Shown: positions 25,421-38,646 of the stretch, one piece after another
How positions within the stretch are numbered: position 1 is the stretch's first letter
Layout of the letters: each line of letters begins with the position of its first letter
Origin: Octopus vulgaris
Taxonomy: Eukaryota
Direction of reading: 5' to 3'
NCBI GenBank assembly: GCA_951406725.2
Contig: OX597821.1
Location: forward strand, 75,020,001-75,084,000
DNA length: 64,000 nucleotides
Program-made: the position numbers and the translations under genes
Notes under the pieces: generated by a model
What the model saw: the letters and a program-made list of their open reading frames with translations, nothing else
What the model was told of the DNA's origin: nothing
The model's database searches: none

Positions 25421-26199
25421 TTATGTATGTATTGCTGCGTATATTCTGTGTGAGAGTATTTGTGCGTTTGTGCCTATATATATATATATATATGTATATT
25501 GTTAGATAAAGGACAGAGAGAAAGTCGGAGAGAGAGAGCGAAAGAGAGATAGAAGGAGAAGGAGATGGGGGGGGGGGAAAGAGAGGGGGAGTAAGAGAGA
25601 GAGAGAGAGGGAGAGAGGTTTCGTGTGATTGTGTATTTTTCTGTTTTGTTTGACGTAGTTTTCGTCTGGGCAATAAATACTTTGCGAAAACGAAACCCAT
25701 TTAATATATTCTCCCTAAACTTAGTTATTTAGCATTGAACATCGCCTGAACCTGTTTTAGGAGTTTTGTTGTTCATTTTGTTGTTCATTTTGATGCTGCT
25801 TTCGTTTTTGTTTTATTATTTTTCCCTTTTTGGGTGTTTTTCTTTCTGCTTTTGATTTTTTTTTCTTCCTTTTACAATATTTTTCCACGAAAATTCATGT
25901 TACGTTGTTGATGTAGCTTTTGGTGGTTGCGTATGATTTAGTGTTGCAGAGGTTTGTTTGGTCGAAAGGACTTCAAGGTAAACTATATACCGAATATTGC
26001 TAAACAGTGTGTTCTCTGGGAATTAGAATAACAAACAATTAATAAATAAGTAAATAATATACATTTTATTAACGGAAGAGGAAGACGCCTCGGCTGCTAA
26101 AGCAGGGAGAAAATGGATGTATGGTCGTAAGAGTTTAGTGTAGAGCTGACTATAGTCGTAGTAAATGAGGTGGGAGACTGACTAAATATCATATTAGCT

Positions 26200-26520
26200 G
26201 TGAAGGCGCGTGGCTTAGTGGTTCAGGTACTCAGCTTACGATGGTAAGGTTCTGAGTTCGATTCGCAGCGGCGCGTTTTGTCTTTGACTAACATAATTTA
26301 TTTCACGTTGCTCCACTCACCCGATACAAATGAGTAGTACCCGTATTTCAAAAGGGCCAGCCTTGTCATATTCTGTAACATGCTGAATGTCCCTGAGAAG
26401 TACGTTAAGGGTACGCGTATCTGTGGAGTACTCAGTCACTTGCGCCTTATTTTCACGAGCAGGCTGATCCCTTGATCAGATCAACTGGAACCCTCATCGC
26501 CCTAACCGACGGAGTGTCAG
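26200..26520 (+). mobile_element. SINE group B, full length
   Basis: A box GGCGCGTGGCTTAGTGG, B box GAGTTCGATTC, body and tail ending CCGACGGAGTG. Confidence 0.9.
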
Positions 26521-26846
26521 TCAATATCAGATGTATATAAGCAAGACATTTTGTCAATTCAACGCCTTAACCATTTCACCAGTCGACAAGACTTTATAGA
26601 GTTATAATTATGGTCGCTCTCATATCATTCAAAGTTCTTTATACCACGCAGTATTTAATTACACACCTTTGTAAAATCAGATAAAAATACTGTCAATTTT
26701 GTCAAATATGACAATTTTGGGGTCGATAAATTTAGTATTTACCTATTATCAAAGTCGATATAATCGAAGATACAGCTCTTTCAATAATGTTCGATCGTGT
26801 GCCTCATCTAGATGTTATTCTATTCCTTGTAGTAGTAAAAGTAGTC

Positions 26847-26943
26847 CTTCTTCTTCTTCTTCTTCTTCTTCTTCTTCTTCTTCTTCTTCTTCTTCTTCTT
26901 CTTCTTCTTCTTCTTCTTCTTCTTCTTCTTCTTCTTCTTCTTC
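26847..26943. repeat. (TTC)n tract at the 3' end of the adjacent LINE
   Basis: Seen directly. Confidence 0.95.
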
Positions 26944-27975
26944 CTCTCAGGACATTCGGTCTTGTTTGTCTGTGCTGGTAGATTCAGTGAGAGCGGACGG
27001 CAGCCTGTTGTCTGAGGTCTCACAGGTTATCTTTCCGCATATTACAAGCTTTGATACTTGGTTGTTAATTACCGTAGGAGACATTCAACATCTAAGTACC
27101 AATCTCAAAATCCTAGCTGTCCCTAGCAGAGCGGTTTTGGGGGCTTGCTCTGCTTGTAATTCAATTCCGATATCTTTGACATATTTCTCGAACTTGGTTG
27201 TTAGTGTTACGAGTGATCGTACAACAACTGGAATGACAGACACTCTCCTCATAGTCCACATTCTTGCAATCTCGTTTTTTAGTAGTCTGTAATTTTCAAT
27301 CTTTTCTAGTTCTTTGTCACTTATGCCTTCATCTCCAGGTATCTATAATCTTGATTTCCTTTTTTTTTCCTTTATCTACCACAACAATGTCTAGTTTCCG
27401 AGCATCGATTAAGGAGTCACATTGGATTTTAAAATCTCACATTATTTTCTGTTCCTTGTTCTCTGTGACTTCTTCTGTTCATATTCGTATCCTTTCCGTG
27501 CTCTGTCCAGGCCGTACTTTTCACATAGCCTCCGATGGACGTATTTAACCAACCACGTTTTCATATCTCCTTTAGTAGTGCTTTTGAGCCAGCTTATTAC
27601 ACTCATTCACAATATGTGACGTTGTTTCATTTCTGCTGCCACTCGTCCTACAAAGGGACGATTCGCTATTCTTATCTATTTGGAACTTGGTGTAATTAGT
27701 TCTCAGAGCTTGTTCCGGGGTGCTGCGTATCGATGAATCAGTGCATCCTTTCAGATCACTTTTCCATAGCTATCTCCAAGTGTTGATCTTGTCTTTTCCT
27801 TCCGTTTTCTCTGAAGTATTGCCCATGCAGAGGTTTCATTTTCCAGTTGTTTATTGTTACTTCTTCATCTTGTTTCTTAAATGTTTGTGGGTGCATCACA
27901 TTTCCGTTAGGTATTGTATTGTCAATTCTAACTGCGGCAAGCAAGGATTCACTCTGCTGTTTGATGCACCATCCC
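26944..27975 (-). mobile_element. R4/Dong-type non-LTR retrotransposon, 3' fragment (CCHC knuckle + restriction-like endonuclease)
   Basis: Minus strand WKMKPLHGQY, C..ETTSHIV.EC.KLAQKHY, LDIVVVDK..KIID, KELEKIENY.LLK.EIARMW..VIPVVV and KTALLGTARILRLVL*. Frameshifted. Confidence 0.85.
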
Positions 27976-28031
27976 AGACTGTTCTTCTCGTTGACATATA
28001 TATATATATATGCAGTATGTCTATCTCAGCT

Positions 28032-28256
28032 GTAGTTCACTCAGCTGTAGAAATGAGTTGCGACGTCACTGGTGCCAAGCTGTATCGACCTTTGTCTTTC
28101 CCTTGGATAACACTGGTGGCGTGGAGAGGGGAGGCTGGTATGCATGGGCGACTGCTGGTCTTCCATAAACAACCTTGCCCGGACTTGTGTCTAGGAGGGT
28201 AACTTTCTAGGTGCAATCCCATGGTCATTCATGACCGAAGGGGGTCTTTACCCTTA
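28032..28256 (+). mobile_element. SINE 3' portion (group D tail)
   Basis: GTTCACTCAGCTGTAGAAATGAGTTGC..CTTTCTAGGTGCAATCCCATGGTCATTCATGACCG. Reverse homolog at 7345-7530. Confidence 0.8.
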
Positions 28257-28989
28257 TGTCTATCTATCCCTTTATCCATATCTCTCTCTCTATATATATA
28301 TGTATGTACGTAAATATGATATTCTGCTTTCTACAGTGGCCACGGTCTTGTGACTATTATGTATGTTGTTAACTCAGTAAAGAAGGCGTTTACGAACCTA
28401 ACAAAAGCTAAAATAGAATAAAAAAACATTAACTACACCTGTAATGAAGTCATAATCCTTGACTTTTATGATAAATCTTCTCAATTCATTAATAAATAAA
28501 GTAAGGGATATAATTCGGAGAGTAAATTTAATTAGAAATTGAAAGTTGATATGTGGCCTTGTTTGAAGGTTTCGAGTTTATCGGACCGTCACAGCAAAAG
28601 ATAAGAGGACAGTCATTGATTAGGGAAAACAACGGTAGTGCAAGATAAGCCTAGGAATACGATGAGCGGTATATACTTAATGATTGGAAATTGTAACATA
28701 ATTGATGAATAGGTCATTAGATTTAATGTTGATTTTTGTCAAATGGTTGAAATGAATAGGTACCTGCCATGGGACGTGAGACTAGTCTTTGATTGATACT
28801 CCGAAAATTCCGGGTAGATTCTGAGTTATTAGATCTTTTCAGCTGTGTATGGTCGTACTCGCACCTTCTAGATATACACATTTGATTGGAAAACATACAG
28901 TTAGCATATAGAAATGTTTATCGTTAATATAAAGACTCACACACACATACACACCTACGTCTGTGTGTATAATTATTTGTATGTGCATG

Positions 28990-29034
<45 letters not shown>

Positions 29035-29522
29035 TGTGTGTATGCATATGCCTATATACAAATTTATGTATGCGTTTAAAGTTAATGTATACTCATACAA
29101 ACAACTAATATGAATTACTATATGTATTTACTGTGTATGTGTGTGTGTGTTTGTGTGTTTGTATGTGTGTGTGTAAGTGTGTGTGTGTGTGTGAATAAAT
29201 TAGATTATTTTCTATGATTCTCTCTAGTTATTCATAGCAAATGTTTTTGAAGTTATTTCGTAAGAATTTTACATATTTCTTCATACACCCAATAGAATAT
29301 ATCTCTGTTTTGAAATATAATGTTCATTCAGATACGTTGAGAGTTCTCATTCCCTAACGCATCTACAATGATGATATTTATATATGAAATACATTAATAA
29401 TATTCTAAAACTCTTTACAATTTGTACCGATTTTTAAAAAATTCCCTTCTTCGCCATTTCTTGCATCAGAATTTCTGTCATTCTCTTCTTCATTGCTTTA
29501 TATTTAAGATATTTGGTTAGTG

Positions 29523-29650
29523 AGGTGGCGAGCTGGCAGAAACGTTAGCTCGCTGGACGAAATGCGTAGTGGTATTTCGTCTGCCGCTACGTTCTGAGTT
29601 CAAATTCCGCCGAGGTCGACTTTGCTTTTCATCCTTCTATTTCGGCGTTC
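29523..29650 (+). mobile_element. SINE group A, head and start of core
   Basis: GGTGGCGAGCTGGCAGAAACGTTAGC..GAGTTCAAATTCCGCCGAGGTCGACTTTGC. Confidence 0.85.
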
Positions 29651-29994
29651 GATCCTAGTACGAGGACAGGTATTTCATAACTCATTCTCGACTGGACCTG
29701 TGCCTTGTGGGACAAACTGGATAAAAGGAAAAAAATACAACATCTCAGGTGGACGGTACTTGTTCTTGGTTTGGAAATCGACCTAAAACTTTGCATGGTT
29801 CATCACCACCACTCAGCTTTTGAGTATTTTTATGGAGTTCACAATTGGGAGAACTTTCGGTTTGATCTTCGATCTGAAGAATCATTTTTTCCTATGGTTC
29901 CTCTCACATTTAGTCACGAAAGAGGCAAATCCATGAACCAAATAGGAAGAAAAACAATTGGACTACAAAGTGAATATATTAGAGGAAAAGCATA

Positions 29995-30192
29995 GCTGCG
30001 GGCTGGCAGAATCGTTAGCGCGCAGAAAAAATGCTTAGTAGTATTTCGTCTGTCGTTACGTTTTGTGTTCAAATTTCGTGGGGGTGGACTTCGCCTTTCA
30101 TCCTTTCGGGGTCGATTAAATAAGTACCAGTTACGCACTGGGGTCGATGCAATCGACTTAATCCCTTTGTCGTTGTTTGTCCATATAAAGAA
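29995..30192 (+). mobile_element. SINE group A
   Basis: GCTGGCAGAATCGTTAGC..CCTTTCATCCTTTCGGGGTCGATTAAATAAGTACCAG. Confidence 0.88.
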
Positions 30193-30196
30193 ATAT

Positions 30197-30338
30197 ATAA
30201 TTCTATATTTAAGAGATGAGAAATTATGTACATTATTTACATTATTTACATTTGACGGATATTTGTCCTCATCTTGCTCTTAACACAACGTTTCGGCTGA
30301 TATACCCTCCAGCCTTCATCAGGTGTCTTGGGGGAAAG
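30197..30338 (-). mobile_element. 3' part of hammerhead-tailed element H2
   Basis: Near-identical to 12037-12180 (TTCTATATTTAAGAGATG..CATTTGACGGATATTTGTCC..CCTTCATCAGGTGT). Confidence 0.8.
30282..30327 (-). ncRNA. Intact minimal type-I hammerhead motif (H2)
   Basis: GACAC-CTGATGA-A-GGCTG gagggtatat CAGCC-GAAAC-GTT-GTGTT. 5-bp stem I, 5-bp stem II, palindromic ACGT stem III. Confidence 0.75.
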
Positions 30339-30366
30339 TTTTAGATGGAAAAATAAGAGAACAAAT

Positions 30367-30393
30367 GACGTTTCGAACGCAGCTCTTCGTCGG
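30367..30393 (-). ncRNA. Degenerate hammerhead motif (H1 family)
   Basis: CCGACGA-A-GAGC tgc GTTC-GAAAC-GTC. The conserved core U is changed to C. Confidence 0.5.
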
Positions 30394-31909
30394 AAAGAGG
30401 AAAAGGAGGAAGGAGCACATGCATTTGATCACTATAAACAGAATCCCTGTACAGCCATTTATTATGGAAAGCATAAATCGTGGCCTCCGTAATACTAATC
30501 CAGCAGGTTAATTGACATGATATGTATTTACCTGAATAACTAATGAATTATATATAACAATGAATCTGCTTATAACCGATGAAAATCCTTTAGTTTACCT
30601 AGGTATTTACTCTCCACTACCAACCATGCTCCAGCACCGATGCGCAACCGTAGAGATGTCCACGTCACTATCAGAAAACTTTCGTTAGCGCTGTTTTATC
30701 TGGGAAGATGTCTTATCATTGAATACAATTTTTTATCTTTCTCTAAACTCTTATCTAATTATATCTTGATGAAGAAATCAATCGATGCGTTAACGTGGAA
30801 AAATAACACTTTTTATATGATTGATGTACTGATGAAATGTCCAAATCGATAAAATATATATGCACAATAAATACGAACTCATAGACACATGCATACACAC
30901 ACACACACTTACGCACACACAAACACACACACATATGTATACATACATATATTTATATGTACAAAAAGACTCGCCAGTTCCCGTCTTGATACCGGAGCTC
31001 ATCTGCAAGATAAACGCTCCTTTGGCTGTACGTAGTGTTACTGTTTAGCCCTAGGACAGTCTTAATAGTGGAAATGACAAAGACTTTGAAACTGAGAAAT
31101 TTTTATTCAAGATTTTTTTTTTACACAGTTGCATTTAGAATAATGAGGTACAAGGCGATTTTCGCGTTGTATGTCATTATATTTGGATTTTTAGGAGTAA
31201 CTGGAAATTATTTCTACTGGTCTGCACCAAATGGAGACTCTTGTATATTATATAATTTACTAAGTATGGTTACCATAAAAAGAGCAAGTGTTTTCTTACC
31301 AGCATTGGTGAATTGTGTGTGTGTGTGTGCGTGCGAGCTGGAAGTCGTTTTCAATTGTCATTCATATCAGGTTGAGTGATTATATAAGTTGCCCCTCGTC
31401 TGGCGGATGAGAGAATCAGTTGCTGTTTTGGAAATAGATTTATTTTGTTCATGCAATAAGGACATTCAAAATCGTACTCTATGAACTGTAAACCAAGAAG
31501 AATATCCATATTACATGGGTAACTGGAGTAGAGTCCGTGAAATATTTAAAGATAAATTGGCAGTTTGGTAAGCTCAGTAGAACATTGCGTTTTAAACAAG
31601 TTTCGTTTTCTATAAGAAATAAAACTCCATATTTCGAATGAAGTTAACATGGAGTTTACCTCTGTATGTAAGAAATTTGATGATGATGAGAGATGAAACG
31701 CATCGAATTTTCTCATATTGATGCAAAGCCACAAATGCTTAGGGAGTGTAAAGGGAATTACAACTATACTTATCAGATACTTTATTTATCGCATATGATA
31801 TTAGCCGGATTTGAACTCAAATCTACAAAGTGCCATAATCAAATACCACAAAGCATTTTGTACATCGCTCTAACGATACTGCCAATCGACCGCGCTGCTT
31901 CGATCAAAA

Positions 31910-32513
31910 CATTGGTTTCAAATTTGGCACAAGGTCAGCAATGTCGAAAGAGGAAGAGGGGTTAATCGAATATATCGACCCCGATGCTGAACCTGCGCGT
32001 TTTTTATAGGCCTCTGAAAGATTGAATGACGCCCATCTCGGCGGAATTTGAACCCAGAACGTAAAGATCGTCGAAATACCGCTAAGCATTTTGCTAAAGA
32101 TTCTGCGTGCTTACCGCCTTTTCTACTCTAAGTACAAGGCTCGAAACTTTTTGGGAGGGGACCAGCTGATTAGATCGACTCCAGTACGCAACTGGTACTT
32201 AATTTATCGACCCCGAAAGGATGAAAGGTAAGGTCGACCTCGTCGGAATTTGAACTCAGAACGTAAAGACAGACGAAATACCTATTTCTTTATTACCCAC
32301 AAGGGGCTAAACACAGAGGGGACAAACAAGGACAGACATAGGTATTAAGTCGATTACATCGACCCCAGTGCGTAACTGGTACTTAATTTATCGACCTCGA
32401 AAGGATGAAAGGCAAAGTCGACCTCGGCGGAATTTGAACTCACAACGTAACGCAGACGAAATACCGCTAAGCATTTCGCCTGGCGTGCTAACGTTTCTGC
32501 CAGCTCACCGCCT
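31910..32513 (-). mobile_element. Two adjacent SINE group A copies (31910-32120 diverged; 32120-32513 young, with duplicated core)
   Basis: Reverse head ..GCTAACGTTTCTGCCAGCTCACCGCC at ~32487-32512. Core ACTGGTACTTAATTTATCGACC occurs twice. Confidence 0.9.
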
Positions 32514-33770
32514 ACTTCGATCTAAATATTGAAACTTCCTTCGTATCTGAAGATTAATTGCTCTAAAACAACCAATTTTATTCCTAATTGCCCTTCATAA
32601 AAAATCTAAGGCCATTATTCTTATTTTCTTAGGATAATTTAAAGACTAAAGGGACCAACGATTTACACTCTGAACACTTTAATGTATACACGATCGGAAA
32701 GGTGGATCTGAATGAAAAATCCATGTTGTGAACGTACAACGCATCATATTCGTATTCTAAGGTTTTCTCTGAATACGTTATCCGCCATGTCTGTTCATTT
32801 CTATCAAGACGTTTGAAAGTATATCGCTGTTTCTCTAGGACTTTCTTAACTTATTTTCATTCACTTACTTTTTTCTGTCATGGCAGTGCCTTATTTTCTT
32901 CGAATTGCTCATTGTATATCTTACGCTAGGTTAGGGTTTGTTCTGCTACAGTGTACTTTGATCAATCATTGAACAATTACATACTTTGATGGAATTAGCA
33001 GCATAACAAGACAGGAAGTTATTTCAACTATATAAAAATTAAAAGATAAATTACAATAAATATAATAAATATTCAAACGATGTTACATAAACTTGGATAT
33101 CGCAGCATTTCGTAGACAAATAAGATAGTCACTTGGTGAGAAATGTATAAATGTAATGACGTTATAGCATGGTGGACGATTGCATACCAACCCATGAACA
33201 AAAGTGAAATTTGTGTCAGCTAAATGGCAGGAGATGATTAGCGAATTTCAGCTGAAATGTAGTAATTAGTTTCTCATTAGCGTATTTAATTCCACAAAAA
33301 AGTATTAACGGTAGTCCCTGTTCAGAATTACTTCTGAGTCGAGTGGACCTTACATCTAAGTTGAGTGGACCATTTGAGAGTTTGTTCTCATGTAAGGAAA
33401 CCATCTACGGACCTAACACTAAACTGCTCTCCGAGTTTTAGACTTAAACATTCAAATCCTTATTTGTTTCGTCCTACAAATACTTTCCTGGTTCCACCTT
33501 ATAAAAGATGAGGTGGATTATCTTGAACTCAATAAGATTAATCCGTCAGGGAACGAGATATTTCCTATTGGATTTTTAATACATAAACGTCATGGGTTGG
33601 TCAACGCAGTTACGTGCATTTAATCAGGACATTATGAAACACTTTAGGATCCCTGCAGCAGACAGAAATGAACATGATCCGGACTGTTTTATGAAATATT
33701 AATCTTTCGAGATGATTTCGATTTTATATGAGAATAAGAAATAAAAAAAGTCACACTTGTGTGAACAACT

Positions 33771-34013
33771 ACGAAACACCTATTTCTTTACTACCCACAA
33801 GGGGCTAAACACAGAGAGGACAAACAAGGTCAGACAAAGGGATTAAGTGGATTACATTGATCCCAGTGCGTAACTGGTACTTAATTTATCGACCCTGAAA
33901 GGATGAAAGGCAAAGTCGACCTCAGCGGAATTTGAACTCAGAACGTAACGGTAGGCGAAATACCGTTAAGCATTTTGCCCGGCGTGCTAACGATTCTGTC
34001 AGCTCACCGCCTT
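33771..34013 (-). mobile_element. SINE group A
   Basis: Full head, core and tail in reverse orientation. Confidence 0.9.
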
Positions 34014-34138
34014 GCTGGTAATAAATATTAATGGTTTGTAGGGACACAGTATTTCGTTACGTAACCATAATATACCACAAAGCATATTAAACATTTTCAT
34101 CAGACAATACCCTGTACTACTGTGTTAGCAGTGCCCTT

Positions 34139-34302
34139 AAATCACATGTGCAGATCATTTCTACAGATTTTCCGTAGAATTTGTAACCGAGACGATTGAT
34201 GTTGTTTATATCTGACGGCTTGGAAAAGAAACGTCGTAACATAATCAGTGCTGACCATAATTTCTATGGAAAATCTGTAGAAATGACCTTAGCACGTGAT
34301 TT
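34139..34302. repeat. ~160-bp imperfect inverted repeat (fold-back/MITE-like)
   Basis: TCATTTCTACAGATTTTCCGTAGAA (left) versus TTCTATGGAAAATCTGTAGAAATGA (right). The outer ends AAATCAC..GTGATTT also pair. Confidence 0.8.
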
Positions 34303-35224
34303 GGTAATAAAGTGAGGCATCATTCAACGATAGTATAGTAAACAACTTTGGTCTTAATTGCAAATAATAGAAGTTTCAGAAAGAATTGTAGCTTTGTAAT
34401 GAAATTAATCCCTTTTGTGTTGAACGGCTCTCATCACAAGATGGTTTGTTATGAAGGAATTTATAAAATGTGTTTATCACGCAATCAAGACATTTAATAT
34501 TTGTTAATTTGATTTAGATTAGGGTAATTAGTCAACTTATATTTGTTTATGTAAAATGCAGAATACGAGAGAAAAATGTGGCGGCCTCCATAGAAAATCA
34601 TAAGTCTATAAGAGTTGGTTGAAGAATTCATAAGAGTGATTTTATGAGAGCAATGGAAGAACCTAAACTTACAGATATTTATCCTTTTTCAAATAGGCGG
34701 TCAAGTGTCCGCGTATTAAACTTTCCATACACTTTCCACGTGACCATAGTCCAGACGTGGCGTAAGCCTATGTATTTTGACTCATCCGTCCATGGGAATC
34801 AATTCGTTTTCTCAAAGGGGTTTCATATCAATGTTCCCACTTGATGGTCTCCTATAGCGTAGTTGGTCTTCGATGCAGGTTTTCACTTTAATGTGTCTAA
34901 TTTGTGTCATTTCCGTAATATTTGACTGTGAATGTTAGAAACCCTGCCATCCTCCTTTGTCAAAGAATTACTGATGGCACGTTCCATCAGCTTGCAACCT
35001 ATTATCTGCTTACAAAGAAGAAGAGGCAGAAGAATTTACTCTATAGCATGTGGAATTTGAAAGAGGTGGAAACATTAATTTCGGTAGAACGCTCTTAGAA
35101 TTGAGAGTCTAAGAACGCTACCTAAAAGGGAAAGAAAAGAAAAACATTTCTGTCTCGAAATGCAGAAAATTAAACAAAAGCCTAAATAATCGTAGAGGCG
35201 CAGAGTACGAGTCCCAGGACGATA

Positions 35225-35319
<95 letters not shown>

Positions 35320-35403
35320 GACTGTCTGTATGTCTGTCTATCTATCTATCTATCTGACTGTCTGTATATATCTGACTCTGTTTCTATGAGTGTGTGAGTG
35401 TGT

Positions 35404-35461
<58 letters not shown>

Positions 35462-35464
35462 GCA

Positions 35465-36665
35465 CAGTGGGTGCGGTGAATAAGCTGTCGTCTAAATTAC
35501 GCAGAAAGGAAAACTACACTGACATCTCATTGCAACTGATGTATTTACTAAAACTACATAAAAAGTTTTGAAATACTAAACAGTAAATTTATTCAATAAA
35601 ATCGCTATTGGCTTCAACCTCGGCCTTCAGACGACTTCGGAGTCTGTTGCAACTCTTCTGGGCAGTGTCCTTTTTAAAGTTGGTGAATGCTGCCATAATT
35701 CTTGCCTTCAGTTCATCTTTGGTGTTACAAGTACTTTTGTTGGTCTCTCGCTCAACTGTGTCCCAGCAGTCTGGGAGTTATGTGACCAGATAGATGTTAG
35801 GGGTGATGTGGTCGCAGAAATTGCCTGACAGCCATGACTGGGTTCTCCTACTGTGTAACATGGTATAAAGTCCTGTTGCCAGACATAGGGTCTTCGAGCA
35901 GCCACCCTCTTGACCCAGGGGCAGTACTACCTCCTCCAGACACTTGATGTAGGCCTCTGTGTTGAGTGTGAAGCCATGTGTGAGATGAATGGAGGCATAA
36001 CGTCACCATCACTAATTATCAAAACCATGATTTTGAATGGATGTTTGATTTTAATCATGCCCGTTTCATGTTTTGGGGACACGGCAAGCCAACGGTTGTT
36101 CTGTGTGTCCACCATCTGACCGTGACGGAAATTTTTCTCTTCTGACAAAAACCAAAGCATGTTCGGTTGGAAGGGATACTTGAGTTTGTTCGAAATCTTC
36201 GTAGCACGGTCTTCCCTCTTTTCCTTGATGGTTTGGGATAAAAATTGACCCTTTCTCATCTTGTGTGAGGAGTACCGAATGTCTTCATGCACTACCTGTT
36301 TGATAAGAAACTCAGACACTCCCATATCCCTGATAATGGGCCTGATTGACTTAGAGGGGTCGTTGTCAATCATGGCCTGCATCTCACCAAGCGATTCAGA
36401 AGATCTTTTCTCATCAGAATGGTCATAGTGAATTTTCTGAGCTGCCGTACCTTCGTAATCACTATTAGACTTATCCAACTCTTTCCTACTCCTCAGATTG
36501 ACACCCAAACACTTTGAAATGTTCGTATTGCAGCTTCCGGCACGCAGGTCAAACAGTACAGTATGTCGATTCAGAATTTCTGGCAGAGGGAATTGCATCA
36601 TAGTGCTCTTTCTCTCATGGACGCTGCCCAACTAACCTTAATATATTGTGTAGCTGACAAAATTA
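35465..36665 (-). mobile_element. Tc1/mariner transposon, DD37D (maT)-like, pseudogenised transposase
   Basis: ORF 35927-36631 has an HTH region and WFLSEEKNF..QNNRWLA. Downstream frames give YVWQQD..PC, W..NS.DC and RLRSRLKAEVEANSDFIE* (stop at 35589). One TIR is visible at 35465. Confidence 0.9.
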
Positions 36666-36675
36666 CACACACACA

Positions 36676-36758
<83 letters not shown>

Positions 36759-37424
36759 ACACAGTTGAATCGTTGATTCAGCCATGATGTTCTGGTGATC
36801 TGATGAGCTAGCTTTGTTTATTTCCATTCATTTGCATTCATTTGTAAATATAATGAGTGACATGCATATTAGTGTAGACACGAAAGTATAATTTATTGTA
36901 CACGGAAATTATTATCATTCAATAAAGGTAGCGAAAGGACCATAATCATAAGGAAATAAATGGTAAATATATTCATCTCTCTTACTTCCAGGCATTTTAT
37001 GGTTTATATACACTTCATGAAATAATCTCATCGGTTGGATCTCCTGGATTTCATTTGCATTACACTCTTCCTTATTAGATGACTATGTGGTATGATAGCC
37101 GGATCCACCAGAAGATCTTTCTGTGCTAGCCATTTTATTCTATCAATCCGTATATTATACAACAAATACACACACACACACATACATACACAAACTCATG
37201 TATGTCCAAATTTGGCCAAATGCATTTTTTTTTTCAATATTTAATTTTGCTTGCAATAACCGGTTCTGTTGATCGAACTATCGTATCTCCAGCTGCTGCG
37301 GATACCAAGATATCATAAAATGTCAAAGTATCATACAACGGTTTTGCTATGGAATGGTGAAACTATTTTTTCGTCTTCTGAAAAAGCAATGTTTTGGACT
37401 TACGATACTTTTGCCTAATAGCAA

Positions 37425-37480
<56 letters not shown>

Positions 37481-37543
37481 TGTGTGTGTGTGCATGGATA
37501 TTCATGCATATGTACCTACATACACATACATACATACACACAC

Positions 37544-37597
<54 letters not shown>

Positions 37598-37660
37598 TAT
37601 AAATAGTCAGAAAATATGAGAGGTGAATATATTTATTTGAACACTTGTTATCCTTAGCAT

Positions 37661-37688
37661 TACGGCCGTTTCGCAACCTTCATCACCT
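37661..37688 (-). ncRNA. Degenerate hammerhead-like motif
   Basis: GTGATGA-A-GG ttg C-GAAAC-GGCC-GTA, with palindromic ACGGCCGT. The first core base and stems I/II are decayed. Confidence 0.35.
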
Positions 37689-37792
37689 AATAATAAATCC
37701 AATAGATTATTTTGCATCAGAGTCTGATAGCCGGTCGCCATTTGAGGAGCTTCATGTGATAGCCACATGATTCTATGAATCCATATATTGCA

Positions 37793-37869
<77 letters not shown>

Positions 37870-38268
37870 TGACAAGGAAACATGAAATATAAATTGAACT
37901 TCATTGTTTTGCAGCTCTTTCTGATATGAAACTTAACGCACTCAAAGTCGAGCGCTTCTACATCAATTTGTATACCTTTTTAGGAGCTTCAAAAGCGAAG
38001 TGATTCTTTTGTTTTTTAGCAGAAACAGCTGTTGGTTAATGAAGTTCATTCCGTAGTTTCATGTTCCCTTTTCGTTTTGTCAATGTTTTATTACGGTCTG
38101 GACTCGACAAGCGTGTTTTTCTGCTGCATATGTATATTAAATTCTAGCATTAGGTTATTGATACCGCTATGCTTAATTGAAATATATGAGTACACCCACA
38201 CACAGACACATACACATACATACGTACACATAAGTATACACGTGCATATACATATTCATGTCTGTGTG

Positions 38269-38338
<70 letters not shown>

Positions 38339-38588
38339 TGCGTGTGTGTGGGTTGGTTTTAAATTTTGGTGCAAAGCCAAGAATTTTGGGGTAAGAAGTA
38401 AGTCGATTACAGCGATTGTAGATTCCAACTGGTTCTTATCTTATCGACCCCGAAAGGGCGTAGACTCGAAACTTAAAGGACTTTCTCACCTTCTCGAGTA
38501 TGTAAGTAATACACCTGCTTCTTGTTTTTTTACATCTGCCTTCGTCTTTTGTTTTTCTGTAAATTTCAACTATATACTTACATACATA

Positions 38589-38646
<58 letters not shown>

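Noticed and set aside
26200-26275. tRNA gene
   Set aside because: A/B boxes are present but there is no intact cloverleaf, and the sequence continues into a SINE body. The same applies to the other SINE heads.
34105-34130. miR-10-like TACCCTGTA seed
   Set aside because: The match stops after 9 nt and there is no precursor hairpin.
35465-36665. Fanzor/TnpB cargo in the DNA transposons
   Set aside because: No RuvC or zinc-finger motifs, and no spare ORF inside this or the mariner element.
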